From an uncultured Chitinophagaceae bacterium (GTDB lineage: Bacteria; Bacteroidota; Ignavibacteria; UBA10030; UBA8401): a stretch of DNA of 64,000 nucleotides. The notes under the pieces were generated by a model. That model made no database searches, had not been told where the DNA came from, and was given only the letters and a program-made list of their open reading frames with translations. Shown in pieces: positions 48,527-58,593 of the stretch (position 1 is the first letter of the stretch; every line of letters begins with the position of its first letter). The position numbers and the translations under genes are program-made. The stretch is from assembly GCA_964367235.1 (NCBI GenBank), contig CAYIXI010000003.1:4560-68559 (forward strand). The letters run 5' to 3'.

Positions 48527-50906
48527 TTAAAATCAATTTCTTTGTTTCGGTGAATCCACCTGATTGAATTTTGTAAAAATATGTGCCCGATTGAAATTTT
48601 ACACCATTCCATTTAATTTTATGATTTCCGACTTCAACTTTTCCATTAATTAAAGTTTCAACTTTTCTTCCTAAAACATCAAATACTGAAATATTAACAT
48701 TCGAAGTAAATGGAATTGAAAACTTTATAGTGGTAGTTGGATTAAAAGGATTTGGATAATTCTGTTCAAGTAAATATTTTTCAGGAATAATATTATCTTC
48801 TATTACATCTGTAAGTTGATCAGAAATCCATAAATCATCTATTACACTTTCAACAACTGATGATGGACCACCATCAACTGCAATGAATCTTATTTGCATT
48901 GTTGGTGTAATATTAACAAAATCATTTAATTTTATTTTGCTTTCAATCCAACTATTTGCTCGAGATGAAATTACTTCAATTGTTTTCCAAGTTATTCCAT
49001 TATCATTTGTTATTTGAGTAATTAAACTATCTTCTCCAATATTATTTGATGAAGTAAAAAACCATCTCCAGTATTTTACAAAAATGTTTTGTGTATAATC
49101 TTTTGGGAAAAATGTTGGAGAAGTAATTGTAGTTCTTCCATCAACATTTTGTGTTGATGTTCCGCTTTGTCCTCCGGTAACAAGCGCCATTACACCACTA
49201 CTTGTATGGTTTGTTGGCTGAGCTTGTAAACCTAAAAATGAATATGCAACTGCACGGCTTCTCGCCCAAATTCCATAAAACCCAGAATCTTTCTGATTAC
49301 CAACTGTCCATCCTAAATCGTACTCAAAATTATCATAAAATTTTGGAGTCAGTTTGAATTGAATATTGTTATCACTATTTGTAATAATTTTTTTCGAAAC
49401 TGAATCTGGTAAATATCCAAAAATTCCTGTTGCAACAAATGTGTAAGTTGTATCTCCTAATAAATAACCAAAATTAAAAATTCCGAGTGAGTCGGTTTGT
49501 ACAGATAAATTTGTTTTTGAAATTCGAACAGGGAATTTTTTTATTGGCTCATTCGTAACTGAATTTATTATTTTTCCATTAACAAGCCCAACCGGCAATG
49601 ATTTCATTTTTATCTCAATTTTTTTTAAAGAATCATAACTTAATATAATTTTTTTTGTAAGCAATAAATACCCACTTAAATAAGTACTTTTTGATAGTCT
49701 CAATGTTACGGTATCTTTTAAATATCCAATGCCAACTTCACCTTTTATGTTTGAAGTAAATACATTTCCATTTTCGAGCAATTCAACTCGCACATCGCTA
49801 ATTGGTAGATTTGTTACAGAATCAGTTAAAGTAATTATTCCTCTTGCCGCTTTAATTTGAGCAGAATTAAATTCTACAACAGTCAAACCTGATGTCATAT
49901 CTGAAATTAAAACTTTATTCGAATTGAAATATGGAAATGCTCCCCATGCTCCAACATAATTATTTGCACTTCCAGGATATGTATCGTATGAAGCAACTTC
50001 AACTGGAACCGTAGGATTAGTTAAGTCAACAATTCTTAATCCTTCAGAATAATGTGCGATGTATGCGTAGTTACCTTTTACATGTGCATTGTGAATTATT
50101 GTTTGCGGCTTTGCATGATAAGTTGAAACAAGTTGAATATTATTTATATCTGTTTTATCCCAAATGCGCATAATATTTTGCGAACCAATTTCATCAGTCG
50201 TTAAAACATATTTTCCATCAATTGTCATATCGGTGTTGTGCGTTCCTGCGCCAGAATATGAAACAAGTTTTATTCTTTTCATGTTTGATTTATTCGTTGC
50301 ATCTATAATATCAAGCCCTTGTCCATAAATTCCTGCCGCGTAAATTGTATCATTATAAATTGAACAATCGTGCACATAAAGATTTTGATATTCGCCAAGC
50401 GCAATAGGATTTATTGGATTAGTCAAATCAAGTACAATAATTCCACCAATGCCTGGTTTCGATCCATTTAAGTAAAGATATTTTCCTTCGATAGAAACTG
50501 TATGATTTGTTGTAACATTTCTTCCATTTATATTTGGTTGAAAAGTATTTACAAGTTTTGTGGAGTCAGGTTTTGTTAAATCAATTATTTGAAGTCCCGC
50601 TCCATTTCCGCTACCTTCAGTTACTACATACGCATAATTTTTATAAACTTTCATTTCTCTCCATAAAGAATTTGGTCCCGGAATAAATGAAACCTCTTTG
50701 ATTGGTTTTTCAGTAATATCAATAATTGAAGTTCCCGTGTAGCATCCAAGAATTGCATATTCGCGACCGTTCGGTGCGGTATAACCGTAGCAACTGGAGT
50801 AATCGCTTGAACCTCTTCCAGCAAAAACGCCATAAAGTGTTGTATTTACAGCCTGAGAATGCAGTTGTGAAAAAACAAGTAAAGAAAATAGAAATATTTT
50901 TTTCAT
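48519..50906 (-). CDS. Secreted choice-of-anchor B/LVIVD beta-propeller protein with carboxypeptidase-regulatory-like domains and T9SS-type CTD
   Basis: Signal peptide; repeats YAYV...GLxIxD; C-terminal LEQNYPNPFNPTT...SGTYFYKI...TKKLILIK. Confidence 0.85.
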   Translation of the reverse strand: MKKIFLFSLLVFSQLHSQAVNTTLYGVFAGRGSSDYSSCYGYTAPNGREYAILGCYTGTSIIDITEKPIKEVSFIPGPNSLWREMKVYKNYAYVVTEGSGNGAGLQIIDLTKPDSTKLVNTFQPNINGRNVTTNHTVSIEGKYLYLNGSKPGIGGIIVLDLTNPINPIALGEYQNLYVHDCSIYNDTIYAAGIYGQGLDIIDATNKSNMKRIKLVSYSGAGTHNTDMTIDGKYVLTTDEIGSQNIMRIWDKTDINNIQLVSTYHAKPQTIIHNAHVKGNYAYIAHYSEGLRIVDLTNPTVPVEVASYDTYPGSANNYVGAWGAFPYFNSNKVLISDMTSGLTVVEFNSAQIKAARGIITLTDSVTNLPISDVRVELLENGNVFTSNIKGEVGIGYLKDTVTLRLSKSTYLSGYLLLTKKIILSYDSLKKIEIKMKSLPVGLVNGKIINSVTNEPIKKFPVRISKTNLSVQTDSLGIFNFGYLLGDTTYTFVATGIFGYLPDSVSKKIITNSDNNIQFKLTPKFYDNFEYDLGWTVGNQKDSGFYGIWARSRAVAYSFLGLQAQPTNHTSSGVMALVTGGQSGTSTQNVDGRTTITSPTFFPKDYTQNIFVKYWRWFFTSSNNIGEDSLITQITNDNGITWKTIEVISSRANSWIESKIKLNDFVNITPTMQIRFIAVDGGPSSVVESVIDDLWISDQLTDVIEDNIIPEKYLLEQNYPNPFNPTTTIKFSIPFTSNVNISVFDVLGRKVETLINGKVEVGNHKIKWNGVKFQSGTYFYKIQSGGFTETKKLILIK

Positions 50907-50918
50907 AGTAATCCGTGT

Positions 50919-53039
50919 TTATTTAATTAAATGTAATGTTTTTATTTTTGATTGAAATGTATTGTTGTTTGATTTTGCTATAATTTTATAGAAATAAACG
51001 CCGGAGTTTATTTCTCTGTTACTAAAAATAAAACTATTTTCCCCTTTTTCATAATTTCCAAGTGGTTTTGCTAAAATATTTTGTCCTAAAATATTATAGA
51101 GATGAAATATTATTTCAGATTTTTCTGTTAAATGAAAATTAATTTTTGTTTGGCTGTTAAAAGGATTTGGATAATTTTGAGTAACAATATAATTATTTAC
51201 AATTTCAGAATTATTTTTCATTTCAGATATTATTTTCTGATTTTGAAAATAATATATTCCACCCTTTACCGAGCCAATAAATAAATCTACATCTCCATCG
51301 TTATCTATATCGCATAAATTGGATTTTGCAGAGTATTGTGTAAAGTATTGATGATCATAATATTTATTTATTAAATTATTAAGATTTACATTTCGTGGAT
51401 AGATTGTAATTGAATCGAAAACTGATTTTGTATATGTAAATTGTAAATTATTATTACTTGAAGTATTTAGAAATAAAAGTAATTTGCCATTTCCTGTTGT
51501 TATTATTAAATCAATTTTTCCATCTTCATTCCAGTCCGCGCTTGAGGGTGAAACTGAGTAAGTCAGACTAAGCGTATCAAGTGAAAATGTTTTTCGTTCA
51601 TATTTGGGATTAGTTAAACTACCAATGTTTTGAAAATAAAATAATTTACCAGCGCTACTTCCAACTAAAATATCTAAAAGATTATCTTTGTTTAAATCAA
51701 CAATTAAAGGAGCACTTTCCTGTCCAACATCAAGCGTATCAAGTTGAAAGTTAATTTTTACAAACTCAACTTGCGGAGTGGTTCTAATTTGATACGACAG
51801 CAAAGTGCCAAAATAATTTCCGATGATTAATTCCGCAATACCATCATTATTTAAATCGCCAACTGTGGGAATTGTATAATATGTTGAAGGAAGATGAAGT
51901 TTTAAATTACTTTCAAAAATAAATTGTGGAAGTGATTTAGTACCAATATTTTTTAAATAATTAATAGAGCCATCCTCCGCGCCGAGTAAAAAATCGAAAT
52001 CGCCATCATTATCAATGTCAAACGAGATAGGGGTGCAACGAGAGCCAACATCAATCATCTGCAAAAATTCTTTTGTTACCAATTCGTAAGATGGATTTTT
52101 ATTTGTTTGAGTATTTCGATAATAAATAAAAGATTCGGAGTTTTGCGTTGGGAACAATGCCCCAACCATTAAATCTTTTTTACCATCACTATTAATATCA
52201 ACATGCTGAACATGATTGAAACCCATTGTTTGAATTGAATCTGGCTTAGGATAGGTTGAATCGCTTAAAATAATTTTAGGATTTGTTGTCGTTCCAATAT
52301 TTTTTAAATAGTAGAGACTTTTGTTAAAATAATCTCCCCAAAATAAATCAAGTGTTGAATTTGAATCTGCGTCGTAAAATTCTAATGCGCTTGCCCCATG
52401 TTTTATTTGATTTGATTTATTTACAGCAGGTCCTTGTAAATTAATATCTTGAAACTTGTCCGTAATATATTTGAATTTGTAATTTTGTGCAGTCCCTATA
52501 TTTTGATAAAAAGTAATTTGCCCAGCAGAGCTACCTGTAAAAAAATCATAATCTTTATCTCCATCAATATCTGCAAAAGTTGGCATGCTGAATGGTTCGC
52601 TTTTTAAAGTATTTCCGAGTGTATCTTTTAAAATTGTCCAAAGAGTTTCAAATTTTGGATTAGACCGTGTTCCTATATTTTTAAAAAGTAAAACATCAGC
52701 AAGGCTTGAATTTGTAATAAAATCGTAATCGTTATCAGAGTCAATATCGCAAAGCGCAAACCAAGTCCCAATAATTAAACCGAAATTATTATTTTCATTT
52801 AGCACAAATTTATTATTTTTGAATTCGTAATAAATCAAATGCATTTCTTTATCAACCATAAATAAATCTTCATCTCCATCGTAATCTAAATCGCAAAATT
52901 GAAAACGAGGATTATCAATTCCACCTGCAAATCCGTTTGGTAGATTTTGGTAAGTAAAACCGATTGCGTGAGGTTTGTAAACAAGTGGCTGGGAAATTAA
53001 TAGAAAAGGGAAAACTAAAATTAAAGCTAAACGAAACAT
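50919..53039 (-). CDS. Secreted FG-GAP/VCBS repeat protein with T9SS-type CTD
   Basis: Ten DxDxDGDxD-like loops, six NIGTxxNPxF-like motifs; C-terminal QNYPNPFNS...SGVYFYKI. Confidence 0.87.
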   Translation of the reverse strand: MFRLALILVFPFLLISQPLVYKPHAIGFTYQNLPNGFAGGIDNPRFQFCDLDYDGDEDLFMVDKEMHLIYYEFKNNKFVLNENNNFGLIIGTWFALCDIDSDNDYDFITNSSLADVLLFKNIGTRSNPKFETLWTILKDTLGNTLKSEPFSMPTFADIDGDKDYDFFTGSSAGQITFYQNIGTAQNYKFKYITDKFQDINLQGPAVNKSNQIKHGASALEFYDADSNSTLDLFWGDYFNKSLYYLKNIGTTTNPKIILSDSTYPKPDSIQTMGFNHVQHVDINSDGKKDLMVGALFPTQNSESFIYYRNTQTNKNPSYELVTKEFLQMIDVGSRCTPISFDIDNDGDFDFLLGAEDGSINYLKNIGTKSLPQFIFESNLKLHLPSTYYTIPTVGDLNNDGIAELIIGNYFGTLLSYQIRTTPQVEFVKINFQLDTLDVGQESAPLIVDLNKDNLLDILVGSSAGKLFYFQNIGSLTNPKYERKTFSLDTLSLTYSVSPSSADWNEDGKIDLIITTGNGKLLLFLNTSSNNNLQFTYTKSVFDSITIYPRNVNLNNLINKYYDHQYFTQYSAKSNLCDIDNDGDVDLFIGSVKGGIYYFQNQKIISEMKNNSEIVNNYIVTQNYPNPFNSQTKINFHLTEKSEIIFHLYNILGQNILAKPLGNYEKGENSFIFSNREINSGVYFYKIIAKSNNNTFQSKIKTLHLIK

Positions 53040-54134
53040 TTAAAAATTATTTTTTAAATAATTCAGAGATTTTATTATTTGCTCCACTTCAACGCCAAAT
53101 GGCATTGAAACTTTGCCAACAGCAAGTGGCAACGCAAACCTGATTTTAGAATCTTTAACTTTTTTATCACGGCTCATTACTTCAAGTAATGAATTATTTT
53201 TAATTTTTAATTTTGATATTTTAGGAATTGGAATTTTTTTAATTAAACTGGTAATTACCTTAAACTCATTTTCAGCAAGCATTTTCAGCTCTTTTGCGAT
53301 AAATGCCTCGCCAGCCAGCCCTAATAAAATCGCTTCGCCGTGCTTCCAATATTTATAATTTCCACATTTTTCTAACGCATGACCAATTGTATGCCCACAA
53401 TTTAAAATTGCTCGAAGATTATTTTCTCTCTCATCTTTTTCAACAACTTGGCTTTTTATTTTTACTGAACTATAAATAATTTCATCTAAATTTATTTTTT
53501 GCGCAAGAATATCATTTAGATTTATTTCGATAAAATTAAATATTTTTTTGTCTTTGATTATTCCATATTTGATAATCTCAGCAAGTCCGCAAATTATTTC
53601 TCTCTTTGGTAATGATTTCAAAAACTCCGTATCGCACAAAACAAATTGTGGATGATAAAATGAGCCGATTAAATTCTTTCCAAGATTATGATTCACTCCT
53701 ACTTTTCCACCAATTGCGCTATCAACCTGAGCAAGAAGTGTAGTTGGAATTTGCGCAAACTTCACTCCTCTTAAATATGTTGATGCAACAAATCCACTTA
53801 AATCTCCGACAACTCCACCACCTAAAGACATTATTACAGAATTTCTGCTAACTTTATTTTTAATTAAATCCGTGTAAATGGAGTCCGCTCTCGAAAGTGA
53901 TTTTTCTTTTTCACCAATTCCAATTTCAATAGTTAAAATATTATTAAAACCATATTTATTTAAATTATTTTTTAAACTATTTAAATATTTTCGCGCTACA
54001 ATTTTATCTGTAACAATAACTATCTTTTCATTTTTATTTGTGCTATTTAATAATTTACCCATTTCCGAAATTATTCCACTACCAATGTAAATTGGATAAT
54101 TTAAATGCTTCAACTTAATTTGCACTTTTCTCAT
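53040..54134 (-). CDS. aroB: 3-dehydroquinate synthase
   Basis: GGGVVGD, PTTLLAQVDSAIGGK, EIIKY, LNCGHTIGHALE, HGEA. Confidence 0.97.
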   Translation of the reverse strand: MRKVQIKLKHLNYPIYIGSGIISEMGKLLNSTNKNEKIVIVTDKIVARKYLNSLKNNLNKYGFNNILTIEIGIGEKEKSLSRADSIYTDLIKNKVSRNSVIMSLGGGVVGDLSGFVASTYLRGVKFAQIPTTLLAQVDSAIGGKVGVNHNLGKNLIGSFYHPQFVLCDTEFLKSLPKREIICGLAEIIKYGIIKDKKIFNFIEINLNDILAQKINLDEIIYSSVKIKSQVVEKDERENNLRAILNCGHTIGHALEKCGNYKYWKHGEAILLGLAGEAFIAKELKMLAENEFKVITSLIKKIPIPKISKLKIKNNSLLEVMSRDKKVKDSKIRFALPLAVGKVSMPFGVEVEQIIKSLNYLKNNF

Positions 54135-54136
54135 TG

Positions 54137-54679
54137 CTAAATATGTTTTAATTCTTTTATAATTGTATCAACTGTTTTTCCAACTGGAGTTTTATCAGTT
54201 TCTATTTCCAAGTCAGCCATCTCGTAATATTTTTTTCGCTTGCTTATCAGTTCATCTATCCGTGTTAATAGTTCATCTGGCGAAAGTTTTTCATTTTTAT
54301 CATTTAATATTAAAGGCCTATCGGTTTTATTCCTCAATCTTTTTGATAAACTTTCAGGATTTGTCTTTAAGTAAATAAGTATTCCGTTTTGTTTTATTAA
54401 AGATAAAATATTTTTGGAACGAATCGAACCTCCGCCAAGTGCTACAACAATATTTTTCAATTTCGAAATTTCAGAAATTATCTCTTCCTCGTAAATCCTA
54501 AACTGGCTCTCTCTTTCATCTTCAAAAATTTGCCGTACTGTTTTACCCTTTATTTTCAATATGTATTTGTCTAAATCAATAAATCCGTACCCAAGTACAT
54601 TTGCCAATATTGGTCCGATTGTGCTTTTACCACTTGCCATAAAACCACAAAGAAAAATATTTTCTTTTTTATTTTTCAT
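54137..54679 (-). CDS. aroK: Shikimate kinase
   Basis: GFMASGKST, DLD, FRIYE, ALGGG, RPL; ATG 54679 preferred. Confidence 0.95.
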   Translation of the reverse strand: MKNKKENIFLCGFMASGKSTIGPILANVLGYGFIDLDKYILKIKGKTVRQIFEDERESQFRIYEEEIISEISKLKNIVVALGGGSIRSKNILSLIKQNGILIYLKTNPESLSKRLRNKTDRPLILNDKNEKLSPDELLTRIDELISKRKKYYEMADLEIETDKTPVGKTVDTIIKELKHI

Positions 54680-54688
54680 TTCGATTAG

Positions 54689-54722
54689 AAAAAAATTCCC
54701 AACCATTTGGTCGGGAATTTTA
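54689..54722 (-). terminator. Rho-independent terminator after the PpiD-like gene
   Basis: Minus-strand RNA CCCGACCA-AA-UGGUUGGG with AU extension and a U run. The stem has a G-U wobble on this strand but an A-C mismatch on the other. Confidence 0.75.
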
Positions 54723-54741
54723 TTTTTACCTCATTAAATTA

Positions 54742-56823
54742 TTATCTATAAAACAAAGCTCGGTTGTCTTCAATATCTGCATCTTTCTTCAACGCTTCTA
54801 TCCAATCAGTTACCATTCTCTGCTTTTTTTCCTGTAACATACTTGATGATAAAATATCTTTTTGAATTTTAAACGCTGCAGAATCAAAAGGAGTTCTACT
54901 TAAAACTTTAACTAAATAACATCCTCGTTCGCCAACAACAATGTTTGAAATTTTTCCAAGTTCGGTAGTTCGCGCAACATAAGCAACACTTGCTTCGCGC
55001 CCAAGATTTGGAATAAATCCGCTTGATGTAAAATTACCAGTAGTTTGTACAACTATATTTCCATCAAATGTTAAAAGTTTTGATAACGATGTATCTTGAT
55101 TTAATTTTTCTCTTATATTTTTTGTAATGACTTTTGTCTTTTCTAATTTCTTTTGAAAAGAAACTCGCGGAGTGATTTCAGTTTTCACTTGCTCAAATGG
55201 TCTGACGCCTGCTTCAATCGCTTCTGAAATTTTAAAAACAATTATTCCATTTTGCGTATTGTAAGCATCACTAACATCTCCAACATCATTTTTAAATGAA
55301 AAGCGATTGATTGATTCCATCATTCCAATTCCGGGAACAAATCCTTTCTCTTCAAAATTTCCTGTTTCTTGAATAGTTAGTCCAAGCGATTTTGCTTCTT
55401 CCTCAAATTCACCTTTTTTTGCTAAGTAAGAAAAATCCAACGCTCGTTGATACGCTTCATCAATAGTTTGACTTGAAGTTTTAACTGGCAATATAATGCT
55501 AACAATTTTTAATTCGCGATTATCTCGTTCTTCAATTTTAATTATGTGATATCCAAATTGTGTTTTAATCGGTCCAACAATTTGCCCTACTTTTCCATTC
55601 ATAGCCGCAGATTCAAATTCTTTAACCATTCTACCTTTTCCAAACCAACCCAAATCGCCACCACTTTGATTTGCGCCAGGTTCAGTTGAATATTTTTTTG
55701 CAAGTTCAGAGAAGTTTTCCCCTTTGTTTGCACGGGTTAAAATCTCTTTTGCTTGTTTTTGACCATCGGGATTATCTGCAAAAAGTATATGTCGCGCCTT
55801 AACAAAAAAATCAGTTGATTTATTTTCTCCTAAAATTTTTATTAAATGAAATCCGTCAAAATCTTTTACTGGTCCAACAATTTGTCCAACTTTTGCGGAA
55901 AAAATTGCTTTTTCTTTTTCAGGCATCATCTCGCCATGTTTCGCGCTAACTTCTCCACTTGGTTTTTCCATGTACGATTTTTGCAACTCTAAAAAATCAA
56001 TTCCTGCTTCGGCTTGTTTTTTTACTGCTTCAAGCTCTTGCATAACTTGTATCGAATCTTTATTTGTTGGCTGTGTGCCAAATAAAATATATTTCAATTT
56101 ACGAGTTGCATTTATTTTAAATTCTGTTTGATGGTCGTAAAAATATTTTTTTAAATCTTCATCGCTGATAGTTGCATCAGCATCTTTTACAAAACGATTT
56201 GGATCAAATAAAGCATATTCAATATTCATAGAAATATTTTGATCGCCAAAGCGTTGCAAAACTTCGCCCGGTGTTACACGAACAGTTGCAAGCACGATGC
56301 TTTGAACTTTTTCAAACAATCGTTGTTGGCGTAAATTCTTTTCAACTTCAACCCAAATATCTTTATTGCGTTGATCGTTTAGCGCACTTTCGTAAGATGT
56401 GCGATTAAATTTTCCGAGCGAATCACGAAATTGTTGCATTAAAAATTCTGGTGGATTTGCACCACGAACCCAATCAACAACTTCTTGGTCTGTAACCGAA
56501 ATGCCAAGTCGTTCGGCTTCTTTTTCCAACAAAAATTGAGTTACAAAATTATTCCAAACTTGTTCACGAATTTGCCTAATTGTGTTTTCGTTCGGCTCAG
56601 TTCCTGATTGCTGTTTTTGTGATTCAATTTGTTTTTGAACCATCTCAGAAAATTCCTGATATCGAATTTCTTTTCCATCAATCTCGCCAATTACATCTTT
56701 TCCACTTCCTTTGTATCCTAAATAGTCCATTCCCCAATCAAACATGATTGAAAATAAAAAAACTACAATTAGCCCAATTAAAATTACAGGCATGTTATCA
56801 CGCATTTTTGTCATTACTGGCAT
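54742..56823 (-). CDS. ppiD: PpiD/SurA-like parvulin peptidyl-prolyl isomerase chaperone
   Basis: N-terminal TM and SurA-N domain; VKARHIL, FSELAKKYS, GGDLGWF, VKTQFGYHII-type parvulin motifs. Confidence 0.88.
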   Translation of the reverse strand: MPVMTKMRDNMPVILIGLIVVFLFSIMFDWGMDYLGYKGSGKDVIGEIDGKEIRYQEFSEMVQKQIESQKQQSGTEPNENTIRQIREQVWNNFVTQFLLEKEAERLGISVTDQEVVDWVRGANPPEFLMQQFRDSLGKFNRTSYESALNDQRNKDIWVEVEKNLRQQRLFEKVQSIVLATVRVTPGEVLQRFGDQNISMNIEYALFDPNRFVKDADATISDEDLKKYFYDHQTEFKINATRKLKYILFGTQPTNKDSIQVMQELEAVKKQAEAGIDFLELQKSYMEKPSGEVSAKHGEMMPEKEKAIFSAKVGQIVGPVKDFDGFHLIKILGENKSTDFFVKARHILFADNPDGQKQAKEILTRANKGENFSELAKKYSTEPGANQSGGDLGWFGKGRMVKEFESAAMNGKVGQIVGPIKTQFGYHIIKIEERDNRELKIVSIILPVKTSSQTIDEAYQRALDFSYLAKKGEFEEEAKSLGLTIQETGNFEEKGFVPGIGMMESINRFSFKNDVGDVSDAYNTQNGIIVFKISEAIEAGVRPFEQVKTEITPRVSFQKKLEKTKVITKNIREKLNQDTSLSKLLTFDGNIVVQTTGNFTSSGFIPNLGREASVAYVARTTELGKISNIVVGERGCYLVKVLSRTPFDSAAFKIQKDILSSSMLQEKKQRMVTDWIEALKKDADIEDNRALFYR

Positions 56824-56878
56824 TACAATTTCTCCTTAAAAAGCTTAAATTAGTTGATTTTTCAGCGTTAAATGTGAA

Positions 56879-56907
56879 AATATAGTTTAAAACTACTCAA
56901 AATGCAA
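56879..56907 (-). promoter_or_regulatory. Putative promoter for ppiD
   Basis: TTGCAT-N17-TATATT on the minus strand, upstream of an AAGGAG SD. Confidence 0.55.
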
Positions 56908-56920
56908 TCAAAAGAAATTA

Positions 56921-57793
56921 TTAAAATTGATTTTTTGCGGCTTTAAGTGTGTTTTTTAAAAGCATTGCAATCGTCATTGGTCCAACTCCACCGGGAACTG
57001 GCGTAATTGCCGATGCAATTTTTGATACAGATTCAAAATCTACATCACCTACAAGTTTATATTTTTTTTCCGATAAAAAATCTTCAACACGATTTATGCC
57101 GACATCAATTACAACTGCACCTGGTTTTACCATGTTTGATGAAATCGCATTCGCCTTTCCAATTGCGACAATTAAAATATCCGCTTGCTTTGTGTAATAC
57201 GATAAATCTTTTGTTGCGGAGTGTGCAATTGTTACGATTGCATTTGCCCATTCCTTTTTTTGCGCCAAAATATTTGCGATTGGCTTGCCAACAATATTAC
57301 TTCGTCCGACTACGACAACATGTTTTCCGCTCGGATTTATATTTGAGCGTTTTAAAATTTCTACAATTCCTGCTGGTGTGCAAGGCAAAAATCCATCAAT
57401 TCCAATTAACATTTTTCCGATATTTATAGGATGAAAACCATCAACATCTTTTTGCGGATCAATTGCTTCAATAATTTTTTCTTCGTTAATGTGTTTTGGA
57501 AGTGGGAGCTGGACTAAAATTCCATGAATATTTTTATCATTATTAAATTTTAAAATTAAATTTAATAATTCTTCTTCGGTTGTAGAATCGGATAATTTTT
57601 CCGTAACAGAATAAAATCCAACTTCGTCGCAAGCTTTTCCTTTTGACGCAACATAAGTTTTCGAGGCTGGGCTATCGCCAACCAAAATAAATGCAAGTCC
57701 CGGTTTTATATTTTTTTCTTTATAAAATTTTTCAGTTTCAATGCGAACTTCATTTTTAACTTCGCGTGCAATTAAATTTCCATCTAAAATCAT
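56921..57793 (-). CDS. folD: Methylenetetrahydrofolate dehydrogenase/cyclohydrolase
   Basis: YVASK, VQLPLP, KDVDGFH, PCTPAG, GRSNIVGKP, TPVPGGVGPMT. Confidence 0.98.
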   Translation of the reverse strand: MILDGNLIAREVKNEVRIETEKFYKEKNIKPGLAFILVGDSPASKTYVASKGKACDEVGFYSVTEKLSDSTTEEELLNLILKFNNDKNIHGILVQLPLPKHINEEKIIEAIDPQKDVDGFHPINIGKMLIGIDGFLPCTPAGIVEILKRSNINPSGKHVVVVGRSNIVGKPIANILAQKKEWANAIVTIAHSATKDLSYYTKQADILIVAIGKANAISSNMVKPGAVVIDVGINRVEDFLSEKKYKLVGDVDFESVSKIASAITPVPGGVGPMTIAMLLKNTLKAAKNQF

Positions 57794-58590
57794 CTTCTAA
57801 ACTCCGGAAAAATTATTTGCTCAATCGCTTCGGCTTTGCCTGTCTCAATATTTATTTTTAAAACAACCGCGCATAAATGTACATCATTCGATGCAGTTTC
57901 GTATTTCATCGGCGTTTGACGAATAAATCTTCTAACAGCGGATTCTTTTTTCATTCCAATCACGGAGTCGTACGGACCAGTCATCCCAACATCGGTAATG
58001 TAAGCCATGCCACGAGGAAAAATTCGCGCATCCGCTGTTGGCGTGTGAGTATGCGTGCCAACGAGCACGCTAACTCTTCCATCTAAATACCAAGCCATTG
58101 CAATCTTTTCTGCGGTTGCGTCGGCGTGAAAATCTACAAAAATAATTTTTACTTCATCTCCAATTCGTTTTAACGCAAAATCAATCGCCTTAAACGGATC
58201 ATCAATCGGTTGCATAAATGTGCGACCTTGTGCATTTAAAACTGCAATTTTAATTTTATTTTTTGATTCGAAAACTCCAAATCCACTTCCTAAATTTTCA
58301 GATGGATAATTCATCGGTCGCAAAATATTTTTATTTTCAGATAAAACTTTGCCACTGTCCCATCTATCCCAAACATGATTTCCGGTTGTGATGACATCAA
58401 CTCCGAGATTGAAAACTTTATTTGCATCATCTTGCGAGATTCCTTTTCCGTCAGTTAAGTTTTCTCCATTCGCAATGCAAAAATCTATTTTATGTTTCTC
58501 AACAAGACTTTTTAATATTGTCGCCGTTAAATCAAAACCCGGTGCGCCAACAATATCTCCAACAAATAAAATATTTATAAAATTATTCAT
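57790..58590 (-). CDS. ymdB: YmdB/TIGR00282 family metallophosphoesterase
   Basis: GDIVG, NGEN, TTGNH, DFHA, GTHTH, TDVGMTG. Confidence 0.93.
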   Translation of the reverse strand: MNNFINILFVGDIVGAPGFDLTATILKSLVEKHKIDFCIANGENLTDGKGISQDDANKVFNLGVDVITTGNHVWDRWDSGKVLSENKNILRPMNYPSENLGSGFGVFESKNKIKIAVLNAQGRTFMQPIDDPFKAIDFALKRIGDEVKIIFVDFHADATAEKIAMAWYLDGRVSVLVGTHTHTPTADARIFPRGMAYITDVGMTGPYDSVIGMKKESAVRRFIRQTPMKYETASNDVHLCAVVLKINIETGKAEAIEQIIFPEFRR

Positions 58591-58593
58591 TAA

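Noticed and set aside
54680-54706. Extended aroK start at 54706
   Set aside because: It falls inside the terminator hairpin.
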